In this document: positions 49,829 through 57,126 of the stretch, one piece after another | Layout: the number at the start of each line of letters is the position of its first letter | How positions within the stretch are numbered: the first letter of the stretch is position 1 | Assembly: GCA_030650275.1 (NCBI GenBank) | Contig: JAUSEK010000019.1 | Span: 144-64,143, forward strand | Length of the DNA: 64,000 nucleotides | DNA from: Candidatus Omnitrophota bacterium | GTDB taxonomy: Bacteria > Omnitrophota > Gorgyraeia > Zapsychrales > Fredricksoniimonadaceae | Direction: 5' to 3' | Notes under the pieces: generated by a model | Database searches by the model: none | What the model was told of the DNA's origin: nothing | The model's input: the letters and a program-made list of their open reading frames with translations, nothing else | Made by a program: the position numbers and the translations under genes

Positions 49829-50371
49829 ATGTTCAAGAAATCAGAAACTGTCGCATCGGTCGAGATCATTCAAAACAAGATCTTTTTGATCCGGGGCCGG
49901 AAGGTCATGCTGGATAGGGATCTAGCGGAATTATACGGAGTGCCGACAAAAAGGTTTAATGAACAGGTCAAGAGAGGCATAAAGAGGTTTCCAGCAGATT
50001 TTATGTTTCAATTGACCCAGGAAGAATATGAAAACTTGAGGTCGCAAATTGCGACCTCAAGTTGGGGAGGAAGACGGTACCTGCCTTATGTATTTACCGA
50101 TTACGGTGTAGCAATGCTTTCCAGCGTGTTAAATAGTGACCGAGCTGTTGAGGTTAATATACAGATCATGCGGGCTTTTGCCAGATTGAGGGAGATGATT
50201 ATTTCCCACAAAGATCTGGCTCGCAAGATCGAAGACCTGGAGCGGAATTTTAAAGACCATGATAAGAAGTTTGTTGAGGTTTTTGAGGCGATCAGGCGGT
50301 TGCTGCAGAAAAAAGAAGAGCCGCCCAAGCCCAAGATACCGATCGGGTTTCATCCGCCAATGAAGCCGTAA
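49829..50371 (+). CDS. ORF6N domain DNA-binding protein
   Basis: I..IRG.KVMLD.DLA.LYGV.TK..N..VKR...RFP.DFMFQLT; PY.FT..GVAMLSSVL.S. Confidence 0.93.
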   Translation: MFKKSETVASVEIIQNKIFLIRGRKVMLDRDLAELYGVPTKRFNEQVKRGIKRFPADFMFQLTQEEYENLRSQIATSSWGGRRYLPYVFTDYGVAMLSSVLNSDRAVEVNIQIMRAFARLREMIISHKDLARKIEDLERNFKDHDKKFVEVFEAIRRLLQKKEEPPKPKIPIGFHPPMKP

Positions 50372-50399
50372 AAAATATAAAACTCCAGCCGTTGGTTGG

Positions 50400-50494
50400 A
50401 GAAATTAACATTTGAAAACCGCGCCAGGAATCATTAGAATCATCCTTAGTCAAGCAGGGCTTCCCCGGCCGTGATCTGCTTGGTAAATTCCCCT
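50400..50494 (+). repeat. Direct repeat copy 2
   Basis: 50412-50474 reads LKTAPGIIRIILSQAGLPRP*. Confidence 0.9.
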
Positions 50495-50572
50495 CCAAGT
50501 GAGGACATTGATACGATTCTTCAAGGTGCCAATTTGGCTCCCCATGCGGAGCATCAGTCTTCTTGATACAAT

Positions 50573-50601
50573 TTGACAATACTACTTATGAGTAGTATAC
50601 T
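50573..50601 (+). promoter_or_regulatory. Sigma70 promoter with overlapping palindromic operator
   Basis: TTGACA-17 bp-TATACT; ATACTACT-TATG-AGTAGTAT inverted repeat at 50579-50598. Confidence 0.8.
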
Positions 50602-50617
50602 TTCAGTGAGGCCAAAG

Positions 50618-51313
50618 ATGAAAAACAAGATCGCCTATATAAAGAAAGAGCAGAAAAGAATCACCGGATTAGTCGCTCGCAAATTCAAGGACTATTACTT
50701 GACCGGCGGCACGGCGCTGGCTTTTTATGTCCGGCACCGTTTCTCGGAGGATTTAGATTTTTTTAGCCAAAAGTATGACAAGAAAACACCGGAAAAGATC
50801 ATGGCCTATATTTCCCAAGAAACCGGATTTGATTATCAACTGGATGCCGAGCAGGATGATCCTAAATTAATTCCGATGAAGGTTTATTTTATGGAATTAA
50901 AGGGTGGTGAAGTATTGAAGATAGATTTTGTTAAGGATTATGTCGCAAATGTCCATCCAATCAAGAACGGTATGCACTCCATGGATGATATTTACTACAG
51001 GAAGATCTGTGCGGCGATAGGGGGCCAGGAAAAACAAGGCGAGGCAGGGCAGGTCGTGGCCACGGGCCGGCGAAGCGTTAAAGACCTGTTTGATATTTAC
51101 TATCTTTCTTCTCATTACAAGTCGTTGGCGGATTTTTTCTTTGAATATTTTGCGTACAACCATACAGAACGCCTTGAAGCCTGGTACAGAGGGTTTGACC
51201 GGACAGAAGCAAAATTGGCTTTGATGGACCTGGTTCCCAAGGTGGACACGGGGAAGGTTTTTAAGTATTTGGATGGGCAAATATTAAAACTGATCCCTGG
51301 AAAACTGTTGTGA
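50618..51313 (+). CDS. AbiEii/AbiGii-family nucleotidyltransferase toxin
   Basis: YLTGGTAL....HRFSEDLDFF; KIDFV; R..KDLFDIY. Confidence 0.88.
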   Translation: MKNKIAYIKKEQKRITGLVARKFKDYYLTGGTALAFYVRHRFSEDLDFFSQKYDKKTPEKIMAYISQETGFDYQLDAEQDDPKLIPMKVYFMELKGGEVLKIDFVKDYVANVHPIKNGMHSMDDIYYRKICAAIGGQEKQGEAGQVVATGRRSVKDLFDIYYLSSHYKSLADFFFEYFAYNHTERLEAWYRGFDRTEAKLALMDLVPKVDTGKVFKYLDGQILKLIPGKLL

Positions 51314-51320
51314 GGCATCT

Positions 51321-51788
51321 ATGAAGATCAATTGGTTGTGGGACACAACGCTGAACAAGGTGCGGGTCAAGAAGATCCTGCATAATGAAAGAGACCCGCG
51401 TTTTTACATTTATGCGGAGAAGTTGTTTTCCCGTGTCGACGATCCCAAGGAGGCCTTTAGTTATGTTTCTAAAGAAGCTTTTTGCCGTCAATGGCCTGTT
51501 GTCAGAAAAAGGATCGCAAAAGATGCCTGGGCAAGAGAGAGGGCGGGTTTCTGGCAGGGTATCTATGAACAGACGTTGAGTATCCCGCCAGAGCGATTAA
51601 GTGTTGCCCAACGGATCAAAGAATTAAGGGTCCATATGGGGTATACCCAAAAGGAAATGGCTAAAAGATTGGGTGTTATTCAGCAGTACGTTTCCCGTTT
51701 GGAAGCCGGCCGGGAGAATTTGACCTTGGATACCTTAAAACGGATAGCCCAAGTTTTTGATAAAGATCTGATCGTTCAATTGAATTAA
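51321..51788 (+). CDS. Putative antitoxin/regulator with C-terminal XRE HTH
   Basis: IKELR...GYTQKEMA..LGV.QQYVSRLE.G.ENLTL.TL..IA; follows the AbiEii gene. Confidence 0.85.
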   Translation: MKINWLWDTTLNKVRVKKILHNERDPRFYIYAEKLFSRVDDPKEAFSYVSKEAFCRQWPVVRKRIAKDAWARERAGFWQGIYEQTLSIPPERLSVAQRIKELRVHMGYTQKEMAKRLGVIQQYVSRLEAGRENLTLDTLKRIAQVFDKDLIVQLN

Positions 51789-51792
51789 TTCG

Positions 51793-51821
51793 AGTGGCAC
51801 GTTATGAGGTTTGGGTGAGGG
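51793..51821 (+). repeat. DUF167 gene fragment; 20-bp exact match to 54018-54037
   Basis: TTATGAGGTTTGGGTGAGGG at 51802-51821; reads VARYEVWVRE versus AAHYEVWVRA. Confidence 0.8.
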
Positions 51822-51826
51822 AAGTT

Positions 51827-51898
51827 TTTGAAAACTGCACCAGGAATCATTAGGATCATTCTTAGTTAAGCAGGGCTTCCCCGGCCATAGTTTGCTTG
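51827..51898 (+). repeat. Direct repeat copy 3 (with nonsense codon)
   Basis: 51828-51890 reads LKTAPGIIRIILS*AGLPRP*. Confidence 0.88.
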
Positions 51899-51945
51899 CT
51901 CCCCGTAGCACAAGCGTTATAATCTATTAAACAGAAGGGGGCATC

Positions 51946-52788
51946 ATGTCTCAAGAAATGATCTCAACCAAAATTGCCATTTTTAAGGGTAAACAGATCA
52001 GGAGAACCATTCATAATAATGAATGGTGGTTTTCAGTTGTGGATATCGTAGGGTCTCTGACGGATAGTGAAAATCCCAGGGATTATTGGTATAAAATGAA
52101 GGTTCGTGAAAAAGATGATGCGGGTGTTGAACTGTCGACATTTTGTCGACAGTTGAAATTAGTCGCACCGGATGGCAAGAATAGGGAAACTGACTGCGCT
52201 GATACAGAGGGCATATTCCGTATTATCCAATCCATCCCATCACCCAAAGCTGAACCTTTTAAGCGTTGGCTGGCCAAGGTCGGTTATGAGCGTATTCAAG
52301 AGATAGAAAATCCCGAGCTTGCGGCTAAACGGATGCGGTTGCTCTATAAGCTAAAGGGATATAGCGATGACTGGATCGAAAAGCGCATGCGCGGCATTGT
52401 CATCCGGGAAGAATTAACGGATGAATGGCAGAAGCGTGGCGCACAGGAAGACAAAGATTACGAGGTTTTGACCGCCGAAATAGCCAAAGCCACGTTTGGC
52501 ATCACTCCTAGTGAGTACAGGAAGTTAAAAGGGTTAAAGCGTGAAAATCTGCGGGATCATATGGATGATTTTGAGCTGATCTTTACGATGCTGGGAGAGC
52601 GTTCTACAACGGAAATCCACCGCACCGAAGATTCCAAAGGTATGGCTAAATTAAAAGATGACTCAAAAGCCGGTGGGGACATTGCCGGGGGCGCCCGCCA
52701 ACAGTTGGAAAAAAGGCTTGGGCGGTCGGTTGTTTCAAAAGAGAATTATTTAAATAAGCCACAGAATAAGAAGTTGCCTAGGAAATAA
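51946..52788 (+). CDS. BRO-N domain protein
   Basis: IRR......WWFSVVDIV..LTDS.NPR.YW, RIIQSIPSPKAEPFK.WLA.VG.ERI.E. Confidence 0.92.
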   Translation: MSQEMISTKIAIFKGKQIRRTIHNNEWWFSVVDIVGSLTDSENPRDYWYKMKVREKDDAGVELSTFCRQLKLVAPDGKNRETDCADTEGIFRIIQSIPSPKAEPFKRWLAKVGYERIQEIENPELAAKRMRLLYKLKGYSDDWIEKRMRGIVIREELTDEWQKRGAQEDKDYEVLTAEIAKATFGITPSEYRKLKGLKRENLRDHMDDFELIFTMLGERSTTEIHRTEDSKGMAKLKDDSKAGGDIAGGARQQLEKRLGRSVVSKENYLNKPQNKKLPRK

Positions 52789-52794
52789 AAAAAT

Positions 52795-53016
52795 ATGTCT
52801 AAACTACAGGATTTGATCGAATGGGATTATTTGGGGTCGCATTATAGCGTGTACATCAAGCATTTTACGGACGATGACGGCAAGAGGGGGATGACGATGG
52901 TTTTTGAGGACGTGACCCGGGAAAAGGTCACGGAAATGACCGTTCCCTCGCGCAAATTCCCCGCGTTCCTGAAAGCGGTTAACGGCGGTGCAGAGCCGTA
53001 TAGAGGGATCTTTTGA
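52795..53016 (+). CDS. Hypothetical protein
   Basis: 73-aa ORF 6 nt after the BRO gene, same strand. Confidence 0.55.
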   Translation: MSKLQDLIEWDYLGSHYSVYIKHFTDDDGKRGMTMVFEDVTREKVTEMTVPSRKFPAFLKAVNGGAEPYRGIF

Positions 53017-53045
53017 GGTCCACCTATTTTTACCCGGCAATTTGA

Positions 53046-53073
53046 TTGACAGGGGGTTGCCCGGTGATATATT
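53046..53073 (+). promoter_or_regulatory. Sigma70 promoter
   Basis: TTGACA-16 bp-TATATT with extended -10 TG. Confidence 0.6.
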
Positions 53074-53079
53074 GAAAAC

Positions 53080-53176
53080 AGATGTATCGGAGAGTCCTGT
53101 GTTGAAGGGGGAACCTGGACTATAAAAAAAGTAAAACCTTCGCAAGGTCAGATGGCTGACTCGGCGGGGTTTTTTT
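53080..53176 (+). promoter_or_regulatory. Structured leader ending in an intrinsic-terminator-like hairpin
   Basis: AGTCC/GGACT stem, A-rich linker, AAAACC..CGC..GTCAG-ATGG-CTGAC..GCGGGGTTTTTTT. Confidence 0.5.
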
Positions 53177-53203
53177 ATTTATATCAAACGAAAGGACAGG
53201 ATT

Positions 53204-53953
53204 ATGGAAACGGGAAAGATCTTCAGGGATTCACAGATCATTGTTTTGGGTGTTTGCATTGCGGTGGCCACCGTCGCGGCGAGTTTGATATTGGCCAAAG
53301 GGTTTATGGCGGTGGTCAAATTCAACCAGCAGGTGGTGACGGTGACCGGGTCGGCGCAAAAGAACATTAAAAGCGATAAAATTGTCTGGAAGGCGATCTT
53401 CAGCCGCCGCGAACGCGACCTGCCCAGCGGCTATAAAAAGGTCCAGGAAGACCTGGATAAGGTGAAAAAATATCTGATGAACCAGGGTGTGGTGGATAGC
53501 GAGATCATTATTCAGCAGATCGTCAGCGACAAAGTATACAAGAAAACTTCGCAGGGCAAGGACACCAATGAAATTGATTATTACGCCTTGATCCAGCCCA
53601 TTGAGGTGTGGTCCAATCAGGTGGATAAGGTGACGGCGGTGTCGCGCGGCTCAACGGAGCTGATCAATCAAAACATCGCCTTTGAATCCGGCGCGCCGGA
53701 GTATTACTATACAAAACTCGACGAACTTAAGATTGAAATGCTGGCGTTGGCCACCGAGAACGCGAAACGGCGGGCCGAGAACATGGTCAAGGCCACGGGC
53801 AATAAGATCGGGTTTATCCGTTCGGCGAGGATGGGGATATTCCAGATCACGCCGGTCAATTCCACCGAGGTTTCCGACTACGGCGTGAATGACACCACAT
53901 CGCTGGAGAAAAAAGTGACGGCGGTGGTGAATGCGGGGTTTAGTATTGAATGA
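53204..53953 (+). CDS. SIMPL (DUF541) domain protein
   Basis: N-terminal TM, VTVTGSA...I.SD, K..ML..AT.NAK.RAE, G.FQIT, K.V..VV. Confidence 0.88.
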   Translation: METGKIFRDSQIIVLGVCIAVATVAASLILAKGFMAVVKFNQQVVTVTGSAQKNIKSDKIVWKAIFSRRERDLPSGYKKVQEDLDKVKKYLMNQGVVDSEIIIQQIVSDKVYKKTSQGKDTNEIDYYALIQPIEVWSNQVDKVTAVSRGSTELINQNIAFESGAPEYYYTKLDELKIEMLALATENAKRRAENMVKATGNKIGFIRSARMGIFQITPVNSTEVSDYGVNDTTSLEKKVTAVVNAGFSIE

Positions 53954-54065
53954 AAATCTTTGTGAAAACGCATCCCAAGGCCAGGAAAATACAGGTGCTT
54001 GCCAGGGATGCGGCCCATTATGAGGTTTGGGTGAGGGCCAGGCGGTCATTGAGATCGATGATTAG
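53950..54065 (+). pseudogene. DUF167 (YggU-like) remnant
   Basis: MKIFVKTHPKAR....V......YEVWVRA, then loses the PP..GKAN motif and shifts frame (QAVIEIDD*). Confidence 0.7.
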
Positions 54066-54066
54066 T

Positions 54067-54996
54067 TTACCAAAACCCCTGCTCATTGGCTCCGGGTGCG
54101 TTTTGGAACTTGCCGGCGAAGCGCACTTCGCGGTTTAAGACCAGATCAAATTTTGCCTTGACCAGCAGGGCCATTTTCAGCGATAGGTCGTGCACGTTTT
54201 GCGCTGTGCAGTGAGGGCCTTTGATGATGATATTGGCGTGTTTTTCAAAAATTTGGGCCCCGCCGACTTTTAAGTTTTTCCCGCCCGCCTGCTCCAAAAA
54301 CCATCCCGCGGCCTGACGGCGTTCGGCTTTGGAGGTGGGCTCAATGTTACGGAAAAAACTGCCGGCGCATGGATGGGTGACCAGGTCAGGATGCTTTTCA
54401 GCGCGCGTTTTCAGGATGGCGGCGCGTTCCGTCGCCAGTGCAACACAGTCGCCCGGTTTGAGGGCAAAGGTGACGTCCAGGACGATCTCGCCGGTTTCTT
54501 TCAGGCGCGAGTGGCGGTAAGCGAAGGCAAAGTAGTCCGGACCGACGGTCTTGGCATTGCCTTTGTGGTCCAGGATGGTCGCGGATTTAAGCACATCGCC
54601 CACTTGTTTGCCCCAGGCGCCGGCATTGCCCACCACAGCCCCGCCTACGGTGCCTGGAATGCCCGTGGCGTAATTTAACCCTTCCAGGCCCTCTTCCACC
54701 ATGTTCAGGGCCAGCGCGTCCAAAGACGTGCCGCCGGACACTGTCACGTCATCGTTGCTGCGTTTGATGAGCGGGGTAGGACTGACAAAACGCACCACCG
54801 CAGCGTCCAGGCCCTCGTCCGAAACAACCAAATTGGACCCGCCGCCGATGAGCACGAACGGTGTTTTGTCAGCCGCCAGTTGTTTCACGGCCTGTTTGAC
54901 TTCATCAGGCGTTTGGCAATCCAGCAAATACCGGCAAGGGCCGCCCAGGCGGAACGTCGTATAATCCGCCAGCAGGGCGTCGGGGATGCTTTTCAT
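54067..54996 (-). CDS. murB: UDP-N-acetylmuramate dehydrogenase
   Basis: TTFRLGG, GGGSNL, GIPGTVGGAV.GNAGA, AGSFFRN, KHAN. Confidence 0.95.
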   Translation of the reverse strand: MKSIPDALLADYTTFRLGGPCRYLLDCQTPDEVKQAVKQLAADKTPFVLIGGGSNLVVSDEGLDAAVVRFVSPTPLIKRSNDDVTVSGGTSLDALALNMVEEGLEGLNYATGIPGTVGGAVVGNAGAWGKQVGDVLKSATILDHKGNAKTVGPDYFAFAYRHSRLKETGEIVLDVTFALKPGDCVALATERAAILKTRAEKHPDLVTHPCAGSFFRNIEPTSKAERRQAAGWFLEQAGGKNLKVGGAQIFEKHANIIIKGPHCTAQNVHDLSLKMALLVKAKFDLVLNREVRFAGKFQNAPGANEQGFW

Positions 54997-55313
54997 TATT
55001 TCGGGAGGCCTTCTAAATACGCGTTGACCGAGGCGATGCCGTTATTGACGGACACGGCATTGTATCCTTCGGCCTGAAGGAGTTCGGCCACGTGATGGCT
55101 GCGGCCGCCTTTGGCGCAGAAGATGAGATAGGACGTGTCCTTGCTCAAGACATCTTTGTTCAAAGGAAATCCGGAACAGGGCATGCACAGATGTTCAGCC
55201 TGCGCGGGCCATTCCCGGATCTCTTCGTCCTCGCGCACGTCCACGAGTGCGTATTTTTTGAAATCCTCCGGGGAAATGCTGTGGATGTCAATGTCAATAT
55301 CTGCTGGATTCAT
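54996..55313 (-). CDS. Rhodanese-like domain protein
   Basis: LVDVRE..E, FCAKGGRS, GY.A.SV..GI. Confidence 0.85.
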   Translation of the reverse strand: MNPADIDIDIHSISPEDFKKYALVDVREDEEIREWPAQAEHLCMPCSGFPLNKDVLSKDTSYLIFCAKGGRSHHVAELLQAEGYNAVSVNNGIASVNAYLEGLPK

Positions 55314-55741
55314 ACTTTCACCTCGTGTTGACAGCCGCGCACCCAGTCGGAAGTCCCATCCGCGAAGAATTCTTTTTTCCAGATGAGCAGGCGTTTTTTA
55401 ACTTCTTCAATAATGTAGCGCGAGGCCTTAAAGGCCTCGTCCCGGTGGCTGGCCCAGACGCCGATCCATATTGCTGTTTCCCCGACGTTGAGTTTGCCCA
55501 CGCGCTGGACGCATACCGCGCGCGTGACGGGAAAAAGAGACAGGGCCTCGGCCATGATCTTTTTGCCTTCTGTTGTGCAGGCCGGCGTATCAGCGATGTA
55601 TTGCAGAACGCTGACCTTGCCGCTGCCGTGTTGGTCGGCGCGGACAATGCCCTCAAAGGTCACCAGCGCGCCGTCGGCGTCGTTGGCGCCGGTATTTTTG
55701 AAAGAGGCGATGTCAATGGAGCTTTCCTGAAGGATGAACAT
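55310..55741 (-). CDS. moaE: Molybdopterin synthase catalytic subunit
   Basis: GA.VTFEG.VR, R.G.L.VGE, HRDEAF.A.RYII..VK....IWKKE. Confidence 0.92.
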   Translation of the reverse strand: MFILQESSIDIASFKNTGANDADGALVTFEGIVRADQHGSGKVSVLQYIADTPACTTEGKKIMAEALSLFPVTRAVCVQRVGKLNVGETAIWIGVWASHRDEAFKASRYIIEEVKKRLLIWKKEFFADGTSDWVRGCQHEVKV

Positions 55742-55995
55742 CAATAAGTCACCTTGACAATGCCACCGAGGATCTTGCACTGGCATCCGAGGCGGTGATT
55801 GCGGTCCTGGCCCAGGGCCGATTCCTCTTCATTCAGTTCGTTGAGGTTTTCGGCGCCTTCAAGCACTTCGATCTGGCAGGTGCCGCAGACCCCGGAGTTG
55901 CAGGAAAAGGGGATGCCGGCGGTTTCGCACGCTTCCGCGATCTGTTTGCCGTCGGGGACTTCGTATTCAATATTGTCAATGAAGAGTTTGGCCAT
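55741..55995 (-). CDS. [2Fe-2S] ferredoxin
   Basis: PFSCNSGVCGTC...RLGCQ. Confidence 0.92.
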   Translation of the reverse strand: MAKLFIDNIEYEVPDGKQIAEACETAGIPFSCNSGVCGTCQIEVLEGAENLNELNEEESALGQDRNHRLGCQCKILGGIVKVTY

Positions 55996-56019
55996 AAATG
56001 AGCCCCACAGGGCGAATTT

Positions 56020-56050
56020 ATCTCGAGTCCCGCTATGCGGGACGAGAGAT
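56020..56050. repeat. Intergenic REP-like hairpin
   Basis: GTCCCGC-TAT-GCGGGAC core with ATCTC/GAGAT flanks. Confidence 0.55.
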
Positions 56051-56053
56051 CTC

Positions 56054-56980
56054 TTATTCCTTAAACTGCAGCACCGGAAAAACAATATTTTTTTCCGGAT
56101 TAGGGAATTCCTGCACGCTTGTGCCGGGATAGGCGTTTTGGATCTTTTCAATGATGGTGTCCACCAGATAACGGGGGACGGACGCCCCGGAACTTAAACC
56201 GACCTTACTTTTATTTTTAAAGATACTGACATCCAGTTCTTCCGCCGTGTCCACGATATGGCTTTCAACGCCCTGGCCTTCGCCGGTTTCCCGCAGGCGG
56301 TTGCTGTTGGACGAATGCGGCGAGCCGCAGATGATGATGATGTCGCAGGTCTTGGCCAATTCCTTGACCGCGTCCTGGCGGTTCTGGGTGGCATAACAAA
56401 TGTCCGAGCGCGACGGGCCCACGAGTTTGGGAAATCTTTTCTGGAGTTTGGCAATGATGCCCTTGGTCTCATCCACCGACAAGGTGGTTTGGGTGATATA
56501 GGCCACGGTCTTGCCGGGGGCTATGTCCAGATCGTCCACGTCATCTTCATCTTCCACAATATGCAAAAAGTCGGGACGGACATAGCCCGATGTGCCCACC
56601 AGTTCCTGATGCCCGACGTGCCCGATGAGCACGGTGTCAATGTTCTGGCTGGAAAATTTCACCGCTTCTTTGTGGACCTTGGTGACTAAGGGGCAGGTGG
56701 CATCCACGTATTTCAATTGACGGGTCTTGGCCTGGTCAATGAGGGTCGGGGGAATGCCGTGGGCGCTGAAAATGATGCGGCTGCCTTCGGGAACGTCGTT
56801 AAGGTCTTCAACGAAAATAACGCCCCGCTCGCGCATGTCATTGACCACCGACGTGTTGTGCACGATGTCGTGATAGACATAAAGCGGCGTGCCGTAGGTT
56901 TGCAGGGCCAATTCCACGATATCAATGGCGCTGGCCACCCCGGCGCAAAACCCCTGTGTCCTGGCTAGAAAGATTTCCAT
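56054..56980 (-). CDS. ispH: HMBPP reductase
   Basis: GFCAGV, IVHN, SAHG, DATCPLVTKVH, QTTLS, ICYATQNRQ, SSNS. Confidence 0.96.
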   Translation of the reverse strand: MEIFLARTQGFCAGVASAIDIVELALQTYGTPLYVYHDIVHNTSVVNDMRERGVIFVEDLNDVPEGSRIIFSAHGIPPTLIDQAKTRQLKYVDATCPLVTKVHKEAVKFSSQNIDTVLIGHVGHQELVGTSGYVRPDFLHIVEDEDDVDDLDIAPGKTVAYITQTTLSVDETKGIIAKLQKRFPKLVGPSRSDICYATQNRQDAVKELAKTCDIIIICGSPHSSNSNRLRETGEGQGVESHIVDTAEELDVSIFKNKSKVGLSSGASVPRYLVDTIIEKIQNAYPGTSVQEFPNPEKNIVFPVLQFKE

Positions 56981-57076
56981 ATATTGCTTTTTTGGCTGAT
57001 GTTCCTTATAATACGCCGTCAATTATAGCATTTTTGCTTGAGGTGTAAATGACTCCTTGCATTCTCCCTTGTGGGA

Positions 57077-57126
57077 GTCATCCTGAGCGAGGCTGAGCGA
57101 AGTCGAAGCCGAGTCGAAGGATTCTC
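57077..57126. repeat. Nested GTCATCCTGAGC...GTCGAAGGA-type REP-like element
   Basis: GTCATCCTGAGCGA[GGCTGAGCGAAGTCGAAGCC]GAGTCGAAGGATTCTC immediately before the ispG ATG. Confidence 0.65.

Larger units (their letters stand above)
35495..54065. mobile_element. AT-richer defence/accessory island without visible integrase
   Basis: Visible compositional shift from ~35495; co-oriented defence genes; repeated gene fragments at cassette junctions; right boundary uncertain (~53.0-54.1 kb). Confidence 0.75.

Noticed and set aside
49691-51898. Three direct repeats as a CRISPR array
   Set aside because: The repeats are too long, the intervening segments are whole genes of 0.6-1.3 kb, and there are no cas genes.
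49691-51898. Repeats as integron attC sites
   Set aside because: No RYYYAAC...GTTRRRY inverted core was visible, the repeats show a coding-type substitution pattern, and there is no intI in the window.
49829-52788. Prophage, based on ORF6N and BRO genes
   Set aside because: No structural, replication, lysis or integrase genes; these families occur as solitary cargo.
53080-53176. TPP, preQ1-I or c-di-AMP riboswitch assignment
   Set aside because: Only isolated sub-motifs are present (GAACCTG, stem plus A-rich tail, GGGGGAACC); core conserved elements such as CTGAGA are missing.
53950-54138. Intact 62-aa gene
   Set aside because: Similarity to DUF167 stops after ~30 codons and the remainder overlaps the murB 3' end; treated as a pseudogene.
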